A stretch of 15,643 nucleotides of DNA from Paraspadella gotoi (GCA_051294375.1 JBJCIZ010000368.1:53454-69096), one strand, 5' to 3'. Shown: positions 1 through 7,875, numbered from the stretch's first letter. Program-made: numbers and translations. Notes: generated from the letters alone by a model not told the origin.

Positions 1-1077
1 CTGGCCTGTTTTGAAACGGGAGATACAGACTCCTCTCCCTTCTCTTGCAGCCGTCGTTTTGGGCGACGCTCAGCACGAGAAGAGTCGTGCCAAGTTGCTG
101 CAGGCTCAGGAGAAGCATCAGATGTCCATTGCCTGCTAGGAGGTCTCCGCCTGACCCGTTGAGTGGGGACAGGGGAATCACTGTGCGGCTGAGGTGGCGT
201 TGGGTGCTCCACTTCTCTCTCTCTCTTTCTTTTTCACCAATCTCAAATTCACTCACTCTCCTTCCCTTCCCTCACTTTCTCCTGTCCTAACATCTGACCA
301 CTGTCCTTTACTCAATTTCTTTGTTGGAAACTCTCTCTCTCTCTCTCTCACTCAATATCTCCCTCCTTCTCTCTCTCTCTCTACCAATATAAAAAGTTTG
401 TGAAAGTATCTTTTTCAATGCTGATGAAGACTCAAAAACTAGAGTCGAAACTTGTCCATTACATAAAAAATATATGTTGTTAAAGCGCGAAAAAATTTCG
501 TTTTTCCTTTAGTTTTAGAATAAAAATATAACTCTATAACATCGACTTGAACGCCTTCCTTGATATAAATAAATTCAGCCTTCAAGCTCAAGTTAAATTT
601 TATTCCTTTCAATCGTTCTTTTTCAACCTCTAAAATTTGCGTGGCCCTAAGTTTAACTCTGGCGATCTCCTCTAAATAATCCTTGGAAGGATCTTTCGGA
701 GTCATAATCAGATTCTGGACTATTTCATTTTGATATTTCTTTTTAGATTCAACGTAATCAACTGAATACTCTACGCCTTCAAAATCTCTCCTGGGTTGAG
801 GTTTATCCCTCTCTTTTTCTCTCCACTCTTCCTCATCGCCTTCCATTCTTTGAGAATCATCCTGTTCCCCTTCCTCCTCCTGCCGCTCGAGTTCTTTTTT
901 GATTCCCTTTTCCAGCTCGGGTTCGATCGTCGATTCTTCTTCCTCCTCCTCCTCCTTCTCCTCCTTCTCCTTCCTCTCCTTATCTGCCTTGGCAAGTTTT
1001 CTAGCCATAGATCTGGTAACAGCACCAGTACCGCTTTGATTGTTATCGAGCCTTGACCGGCGAAGCCGGGTCAGGCT
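1..1077. repeat. Direct duplication, copy 1 of a ~1.08 kb block (partner 5850-6925)
   Basis: Collinear from the window start (gcctgttttgaaacgggagatacag...) to ...gccgggtcaggct at the gap edge. Differences are almost all 1-bp indels. Confidence 0.95.
439..1077 (-). CDS. Glu-rich protein with a segment resembling the N-terminal region of Polinton-type protein-primed DNA polymerase B; apparently truncated
   Basis: ORF 439..1008 stays open upstream to the gap (SLTRLRRSRLDNNQSGTGAVTRSMARK). DYLEEIARVKLRATQILEVEKERLKGIKFNLSLKAEF...ELYFYSKT resembles the block that normally precedes the GSGW...Y.PL.G.SYI.LP motif, which is not seen here. Confidence 0.55.
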   Translation of the reverse strand, partial: SLTRLRRSRLDNNQSGTGAVTRSMARKLAKADKERKEKEEKEEEEEEESTIEPELEKGIKKELERQEEEGEQDDSQRMEGDEEEWREKERDKPQPRRDFEGVEYSVDYVESKKKYQNEIVQNLIMTPKDPSKDYLEEIARVKLRATQILEVEKERLKGIKFNLSLKAEFIYIKEGVQVDVIELYFYSKTKGKTKFFRALTTYIFYVMDKFRL

Positions 1078-1177
1078 NNNNNNNNNNNNNNNNNNNNNNN
1101 NNNNNNNNNNNNNNNNNNNNNNNNNNNNNNNNNNNNNNNNNNNNNNNNNNNNNNNNNNNNNNNNNNNNNNNNNNNNN
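1078..1177. other. Assembly gap (100 N). Other gaps: 12120-12144 (25 N), 14490-15088, 15188-15445
   Basis: Runs of N. Confidence 1.
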
Positions 1178-1409
1178 GAGATTTCGTTGTGGGAGTCTTA
1201 AGGCATAAAAACTTAATATCCTTTTTATACTTTTTTAATTTTTGAAGGGCAAGATCATCTATAAAAATATTTCCACGGCTTATGTTAAATAAAATCTTGC
1301 AAATAGTTTTAATAACGTTAGGGTCCGCCTCTCTAATAAATTTTTTTTGTTCTTTAATAGGCAGAGATGCCAAATATTTGAGAATTGGAAAAATATCTTT
1401 TAATTTCAT
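1178..1409 (-). CDS. Small basic Polinton/adintovirus conserved protein (family often ending in a GG-hydrophobic, adenovirus pX-like tail); 3' end lost in gap
   Basis: ATG at 1409, 4 nt after the ATPase stop (TAA GAAA ATG). ILKYLASLPIKEQKKFIREADPNVIKTICKILFNISRGNIFIDDLALQKLKKYKKDIKFL fits my recollection of the family pattern L..L......K..I..AD...IK.IC....N...GN........KLK.YK..I..L. Confidence 0.7.
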
Positions 1410-1413
1410 TTTC

Positions 1414-2095
1414 TTAATTTTTTTTTTCGTATTTTTCTCCAGGTAAATAGATAATGGGAACATTCGTCTCAGACGGGAGAATATTAGTGCGAAGGCGACA
1501 AGAATGGGAGACCTGTGGCGAAGAATCGATTAATAAATGATGAAAAGAATCCCTGCAAGCGTCGTCATAACTACCCATGAAAAAGGCGTACTTATCTGGA
1601 AACATCTGTCTAGCCAAAGTCGAGACCCCCATTCTATCTCGAACATTTCTCAATAATATGTTAATGTGAGTATTACGAGAAATTATAGTAAAATTAGGAA
1701 TATTTTTATAAAATAAATCGTGTAATAAAATAATCAGAGTAAACCCGCGGTGATGAGATAATTTTGTCATCATCTTTTGTAGGAAACCCGGATCAATGAC
1801 TCCAATCTGATCGTCGAGTACAACCACTGCTTTTTTATCTTTCAAGTTCTCTTCTGAAATAAAATGTTCGTCGAACCCCTCGATGAAGTTAATGATATCG
1901 TTACGAGGTTCGTGAAACACCTCTTGATCGCAGTCATAGAAATAATAAATTATATCCGGAACCTCTGTCAATAATTTGTCTGCATTGCGTAAAAATTCCA
2001 AACAAAGTCGTCTTACCGACGCCCGAGGCTCCAACTATAGCGATATTAGAGCCAAACGGGATTCGAAGATCGTAACAGTCTCCTTCTAATTCCAA
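1414..2095 (-). CDS. Polinton/adintovirus DNA-packaging ATPase (A32-like, FtsK-HerA superfamily), frameshifted at about 2001-2008
   Basis: The end of ORF 1934..2665 gives DLRIPFGSNIAIVGASGVGKTT (Walker A at 2009-2032). ORF 1414..2034 continues with Walker B VVVLDD (1810-1827), LSHHRG, TLIILLHDLF, ISRNTHINILLRNVRD, LARQMFP, LLID and RLRTNI, in the motif order typical of Polinton ATPases. One indel joins the two frames. Confidence 0.9.
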
Positions 2096-2584
2096 TTTTG
2101 AATTTAATAAACTAAAAATTTCTCTAATAATAAGGAGCAGCTGAAGATGCCTCAGCGCTTGCTGCGAGGATTCGCCGGCCCTCAAGTCTCGATATATCAA
2201 AAGATTCTTTATTGAGCTTAATGTTGTGACTAAATCTTTTAATCCCTGTCCATTGTCCGCCCCTCTATTAAAATATTGTATGAAAAGTCGGTCTATGGCG
2301 TTTGTAAGTTCTTTTATACTTTCTCCAATAACCATTTCATTTTTAGAATTTTTTTCGTTTAGGGTCATGATCTCATTTTGTAGAGTTTGAATTTTAACAT
2401 TGGCGTCTTGTTGAATAATCCATTCGTTGCGAGCTAATTGAGAATTTTTATTTATGTATACAGAAAGTTCGTTTCTTAATCTCGCATTTTCATTCTGTAT
2501 CAATTTTTTTTCTAATTCGTGATTATCGATGGGTAAAATTTGCCTGAGCGCTTCGTCTAATTTGATTAAATTGTTAGGATCCAT
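2096..2584 (-). CDS. Coiled-coil-like protein of about 163 aa, in frame with the ATPase N-terminus (fusion or separate upstream gene)
   Basis: ATG at 2584 in ACCATGG context (MDPNNLIKLD...). Heptad-like stretch LEKKLIQNENARLRNEL...IQTLQNEIMTLNEKN. No stop before Walker A. Confidence 0.62.
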
Positions 2585-2753
2585 GGTATCCGTTTCTAAG
2601 GTGATATAAAAAAAATATGATAATGAGTCGCGATGAAAAAATATGATAATCCGCGTTTTATTCACGCTTTTATTTTATATTATTCAAATTTTTTTTACCT
2701 CGTAACCATAAACCCCTAACCTTCTGTTCACAGGTTTGTTCGATTATAATAAA

Positions 2754-3483
2754 ATGTTACAAGAAATTGTTTCTGGTAGTCGCGGGGTGGGGGTGGCTTA
2801 GCCCTCCCCACCAATTTTGATTAGTTGCCTCGAACGTCTCGTGCTCGAGGGTGGATATAATATGGTAAATTTCAATGACAGTTTATTTAAATACTTGTAT
2901 TTAAAAAAATATTTTTTATGTTTCCAGATGTGGCGTGGCGCGTTTGCCCGAAGAGCGGAGAACCGCTGACCCCATATTTTCGTCGTCGTCGTGGTCGTCG
3001 TCGTCTTCGGCGTCGTCCTCTCCCATGGCGTCGTCCTCTTCGACGTCGCCATCCTCTTTGACGTCGCCGTCCTCATCGTCATCTTCACCGTCATCATTGT
3101 CGTCGGCCTCGTCTTCAGGGTATGGGGCGAACCCCAACAGAGCCAATCGTTAATAACTAAGCTGACGTTAATCTCTCGTAATTTTATAAAATCTCATTTT
3201 TATGATTGACAGAAACGCCGTTTATCTTTGGCCGTGATAGCAGCGGTAGCGTGGCTGCGGCGACTGCGCGGTGGCGCTGTTGGCGGCGACTGCGCGGTGG
3301 CGCTGTTGGCGCGACAGCGGAGGCGACGAGCCGCATATTTCAGCGGCGTAGAATCGGCAGGGGGAAAAGAAACAGAAGAAGAAGACGTCGTCCTCGATGT
3401 GGGGGACGTGATGACGGTGTTAGGTGGGAGAGGAAGAGAGAGATTGGTGGGGGGGATTGGGAAGAGAGAGGACGAGTTTTTAA
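2754..3483 (+). CDS. Putative 3-exon gene for a Ser-rich protein (exons about 2734/2754-2864, 2928-3148, 3213-3483), copy A, with indels
   Basis: Intron 2865-2927 (G|GTAAAT...TTTCCAG, 63 nt) and intron about 3149-3212 (GTTAAT...TTGACAG, 64 nt), both retained in copy B. Consensus MLQEIVSGSRGVGVALALPTNFDSCLERLVL(E/D)GGY..DVAWRVC, then a Ser tract, KRRLS.AVIAAVAWLRRLRGGAVGGD and ...EDEF*. Copy differences are mostly synonymous in this frame (TTT/TTC, GAA/GAG, GCA/GCG, GTA/GTG). AATAAA near 3517. Confidence 0.6.
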
Positions 3484-3543
3484 AAAGTTTTTTTTATTGT
3501 TATGCTGCGGTTTTTTAATAAATTTTTTCGGCTCTAACTTTTG

Positions 3544-3583
3544 CGTTTTAATATTTAGCTACATCGTTTTAATATTTAGCTAC
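3544..3583. repeat. Two copies of CGTTTTAATATTTAGCTAC with 21-bp period (also at about 12872-12911)
   Basis: Directly visible. Lies between the polyA signal of one gene and the ATG of the next. Confidence 0.85.
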
Positions 3584-3707
3584 GTTGATAAAATTCTAAC
3601 TAAGTCAATTAAAGAAATAATAATAAATGGAATAAAACAGTTTGTTTTATTAATAAACCAAACAATAAAACAAAAAAGTGCATAAAAATAAAGCATCGCA
3701 ACCAAGG

Positions 3708-3943
3708 ATGTCTTTAGTAGCAAGATTCAACATACTCAATTTTGCATAATAGCGATGTTTCATATCCAAAAAATGCCTGTTGTGTGCAATTCAAGTTTCA
3801 GTGCTGGCGTCTATCTTTCGTGCGAGACGTCGTATGCAATTCCAATTTCAGCAATGGCGTCAACAGTCTTTTCGTGTGAAATTAATGCAATATTCTAGGT
3901 TATATTCTGTAATTCAATACGACGAAAGTCAATCTGCATCACT
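3708..3943 (+). pseudogene. 3'-truncated copy of the 13039-13564 gene
   Basis: Homology to copy B stops abruptly at about 3943, in the middle of the coding region. Confidence 0.45.
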
Positions 3944-5211
3944 CTGATCTCTAACAGCCCTAGGCGGGGCAACAGTTTATACAGTCTACGCTGCTGCAAT
4001 CTTTGCCCCTAATTTGATTGCTGTTTTTGGCGCAGTCGGCGAATCTCGCTAGGTGCGTCAGAGGTTGCCATTTCCTTGCAGCGTTTTTGATTCTGTCAGA
4101 GGCGTCGTTTGCTAGCTTTCGCCGCTGTTTACCCTCTTGGGGGTTTACCCTTTTTTCTGACTTGGATATGGTAATATGAGCAATTGTAAATTTTGAAAGC
4201 TTTTATTTAGTGTAGGAGTCTACGTCGTTCTTAGAAATCGAGGGAAGACTTTTTCATAGAGATTTTCGTTAAAATCTGACTAACCAAATAATGTCAACGC
4301 CCTGGGAAAATTCAGGTAAAAAATAGATGTTAACAAACAGTCGATTCCCATCCTGTTACATCTGAAAGGGCTCGCAATTTTTCTCTTGAGCAATAACCAT
4401 CATTTTTGAACATCAAACCATTCGATTTCATGTATGGTCGCGCTCGAGAAATATTTTGACGCAATTTTTATATATAACATAAAGGGATTTCTCAACTTCA
4501 ATACATGTCAACGCATTTAAGGTATGTTGTCATTTTACAATAAACTTCGAATTCCAGGAATCCGATAGCATCACTGTCGAAGGGTCTCAAAATTTTTCTT
4601 TACATTTCATATTGGTTATTTTAATATGATACCGATCATGTTAAAGTGAATTAGGTCCATTTTGTAGAATTTTTATTTAAAGTAAAAAAGTACAAGATGA
4701 GCTAACGATCGAAATTCTAAGAGTTTTCAACCAGGATCAGATCGGAAAAAATCTTATATGGCGAAAATCTTCCAAAGAGGGGTAGATTTTCCGAAGATTT
4801 TGGTTAATATTTTCTATATTTACGGTCGGATTTTTTTGAAACTTAAATAGCATATTGCCATCATTCTACATTGGCCAGTCAAAGAATATATTAAAAAAAC
4901 CTCTGACTTTTTTTCGTCAAAGCTTAGTCCTAATTAGTGGTTTGGACATTCATCTAATTCATCAGTTACAACTGCGTCTCTGCGCCTTAAATTCAAATTT
5001 ATCCTTCAGAAATTTTTGTCCGTGCGGCTTGCCTGCCCTGCCAGCGCCTGTCCCTCCCCCGTCGGGTCTGTCGCGCCATCGGGGCGTCTAGTGTCTCTGG
5101 TTGGCGTCCTCTCCATCTGCTGTCGTCTTTTTTTGGTTTCGACGGCCTCTGGATTGCCGACATGCTTTTAGTGGGCTTTCATGAGTTCACGCGTGTTGTT
5201 TGCTTCTTGCA

Positions 5212-5468
5212 TCATTGCTCCTTGATATAGGGCGTTCGCGCTTTCGGCAGGATTTTGTCGCTCAGACCCTTCTGTAGGAGCGAGTCCGTGAGGATCTGAC
5301 GGTCGTTCTCCTTCACGGAATTTATGAAGCGGCGGGCGGTGCCTTCCGATTTATATCCGTACGTTCGAGCCCATCCTCGCAGGATCCATTCTATTTCTTT
5401 TCCCAGCTCTCGGCGTTTTCCTGTGTCGATGAGCTTTCTGAATTTGAGTACTTCCTCGAGACTCGAAA
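5212..5468 (-). CDS. Internal or terminal exon of an uncharacterised spliced gene (SSLEEVLKFRKLIDTGKRRELGKEIEWILRGWARTYGY...)
   Basis: TACTAAC branch point at 5494-5488, then a pyrimidine tract and AG at 5470-5469. A candidate donor G|GTAATG at 5664 joins ...NEPSTI in frame. GC content rises at the boundary. May extend to about 5005 through indels. Confidence 0.5.
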
Positions 5469-5849
5469 CTAAAGTAAAGTAACATAAGTTAGTAATAAAT
5501 AAATGTTTGTGAGATTGTTTTAAAGTAAGAATGAAATATGAAAATATGAAATTCAAGAATAAATATGAGGGATAGCTAAGGTAAGTTTTTAGAGAAAAAT
5601 AAGATGAGAAAGAGCTCAAAAAATGAGCTGGCCCCCCCCTGGCCGGGCAAATGAGGGACATTACCGATCGTGCTCGGTTCATTGGCCTGTAATGGGCTGA
5701 GTGGGATATTGTGGTGGAGTGGGATTGGTTCGGTCTGGCAAAGATCCGGCTGGAAAAATGCTAAGCTGCCACTCGTATATCTCTCTGGCCTGATAGGCCT
5801 GCCGAGAGCCTCTTCTCACCTGACGGTGAGGCAGGCCAGTTGTCTGTTT

Positions 5850-6925
5850 CTGCCTGTTTTGAAACGGGAGATACAGCTCCTCTCCCTTCTCTTGCAGCGT
5901 CGTTTTGGGCGACGCTCAGCACGAGAAGAGTCGTGTCCAAAGTTGCCTGCAGGCTCAGGAGAGCATCAGATGTCCATTGCCTGCCTCGGAGGTCTCCGCC
6001 TGACCCGTTGAGTGGGGACAGGGGAATCACTGGTGCGGTTGAGGTGGCGTGGGTGCTCCACTTCTCTCTCTCTCTTTCTTTTTCACCAATCTCAAATTCA
6101 CTCACTCTCCTTCCCTTCCTCACTTTCTCCTGTCCTAACATCTGACCACTGTCCTTACTCAATTTCTTTGTTGGAAACTCTCTCTCTCCTCTCTCTCACT
6201 CAATATCTCCCTCCTTCTTCTCTCCCTCTACCCAATATAAAAGTTTGTGAAAGTATCTTTTTCATGCTGATGAAGACTCAAAAACTAGAGTCGAAACTTG
6301 TCCATTACATAAAAAATATATGTTGTTAAAGCGCGAAAAAATTCGTTTTCCTTTAGTTTTATAGAAATAAAAATATAACTCTATAACATCGACTTGACGC
6401 ACTTCCTTGATATAAATAAATTCAGCCTTCAAGCTCAATTAAAATTTATTCCTTTCAATCGTTCTTTTTCAACCTCTAAATTTGCGTGGCCCTAAGTTTA
6501 ACTCTGGCGATCTCCTCTAAAGAATCCTGGAAGGATCTTTCGGAGTCATAATCAGATTTCTGGACTATTTCATTTTGATATTCTTTTAGATTCAACGTAA
6601 TCAACTGAAATACTCTACGCCTTCAAAATCTCTCCTGGGTTGAGGTTTATCCCTCTCCTTTTTCTCTCCACTCTTCCTCATCGGCCTTCCATTCTTTGAG
6701 AATCATCCTGTTCCCCTTCCTCTCCTGCCGTCGAGTTCTTTTTTGATTCCCTTTTCCAGCTCGGGTTTCGATCGTCGATTCTTCTTCCTCCTCCTCCTCC
6801 TTCTCCTCCTTCTCCTTCCCTCTCCTTTATCTGCCTTGGCAAGTTTTCTTAGCCATAGATCTGGTAACAGCACCAGTACCGCTTTGAATGTTATCGGAGC
6901 CTTGACCGGCGAGCCGGGTCAGGCT
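5850..6925. repeat. Direct duplication, copy 2 of the ~1.08 kb block (partner 1-1077)
   Basis: Same sequence and orientation as 1-1077. Confidence 0.95.
6286..6925 (-). pseudogene. Second, indel-riddled copy of the pPolB N-terminal-like ORF
   Basis: Near-identical to 439-1077, but with many single-base indels that break the frame. Confidence 0.55.
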
Positions 6926-6959
6926 CTATAAGGTTTTAGGGTTGCTTCTTTGTGACGTA

Positions 6960-6989
6960 GTCGTCGTCGTCGTCGTCGTCGTCGTCGTC
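6960..6989. repeat. (GTC)10 microsatellite
   Basis: Directly visible. Confidence 0.95.
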
Positions 6990-7838
6990 CGTCACGCTGT
7001 TTCATATATAAAACTACTACGCTTTTATAGGTTTGGCTGTGACTTACCGTTTTTTTTTTAAATAAAAATTATAAAAAATTATGATAAAGTTTTACAAAAG
7101 TGTGCGATCATAGTAAGTTAAAAATTTAGATATGGCTTTTCATCTTGAAATAGCTGTGATATTTTCATATTACATTTGGATTTAAGTATTTTTTGTTTGA
7201 ATTTCCACTTCATTATGATTTACTGCAATATGCAAATGAGATTAAAGTACTCATTATAATATCAAAATTAGTATATAGAAATGCTTTAATCTAATTTACA
7301 TATTGCAGTATATAATATTGAAGATGAATTCAAAAAATTTGTTTAAATTTAATAAAATGGGAACTCAAAGGATTTTTTTAATGAGAAGCTATATTCTTAA
7401 TTTTAATACAAATAGAAATTAAATCTTTTACAAGCTGCGATGGAAAAAATTGGAAAAATTTCCAATTGTAAACAATTGTAACATATTTTTGCCTTTCTTT
7501 TATTTCTTTAATTATATATTATATTTTTTCTTTTTTAGAAAAGACGAGTTCAGGCTCTGCAGTGACTGTACAGCGGGCCTTCCAGCAGCTGTCCAGCTTT
7601 GTCTCCTCTTCTCTCTTTTTCTCTGCATGATCTCATGCTGATCGTTCGTTTTTTGAAAAATCTGATTATTTTTTTTCCTTCTTAAAACTTTTATTATCGC
7701 CATTTATTCCGCGCTTTTTTTTTCAATACAAAAATCCTAAATTTACATCCGAGATTTTTTCCTGGATACAATTTAGAAAAGTGAAGAATAACTTATAACG
7801 TGTTTCCGCCTCTGCAGCGTCTGTTCAGCTTCTCTTCT

Positions 7839-7842
7839 TCTC

Positions 7843-7874
<32 letters not shown>
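7839..7874. repeat. Imperfect (TC)n microsatellite
   Basis: Directly visible. Confidence 0.9.

Positions 7875-7875
<1 letters not shown>

Larger units (their letters stand above)
2790..3943. repeat. Direct duplication, copy A of a ~1.15 kb block (partner 12145-13268)
   Basis: Collinear from ggggtggc(c)ttagccctccccacc to gacgaaagtcaatctgcatc. Contains true substitutions as well as indels. Confidence 0.95.
1..7018 (-). mobile_element. Endogenous Polinton/Maverick (adintovirus-like) element remnant; boundaries uncertain
   Basis: Packaging ATPase (1414-2095), adjacent small basic Polinton-type gene (1178-1409) and a pPolB N-terminal-like ORF (439-1077), all on the minus strand and tightly packed. 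Candidate ACTACT right end at 7013-7018. The core is well supported, the extent is inferred. Confidence 0.62.

Noticed and set aside
997-1023. AVTRSMARK motif resembling the Ty3/Gypsy pol linker
   Set aside because: No reverse transcriptase, RNase H, integrase or LTR structure nearby, and the motif is too short.
771-1056. Arg-rich (minus) and Leu/Phe-rich (plus) ORFs
   Set aside because: Alternative-frame or antisense products of the Glu-rich tract in ORF 439..1008.
2916-3146. Very acidic minus-strand ORF (MALLG...EDEADDNDD...), tempting as a DNA mimic
   Set aside because: It is the antisense shadow of the plus-strand Ser-rich exon, which has splice sites in both copies and an upstream exon with synonymous changes. 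Not fully excluded, because copy B has an ATG at 12495 and third codon positions coincide.
3544-3895. Short repeats considered as a CRISPR-like array
   Set aside because: Only 2-3 degenerate adjacent units with no unique spacers, no cas genes and a eukaryotic context.
4742-4800. Short inverted repeats (AAATCTTC...GAAGATTT; TCGGAAAA...TTTTCCGA)
   Set aside because: Arms of about 8 bp in AT-rich DNA with no target duplication are compatible with chance.
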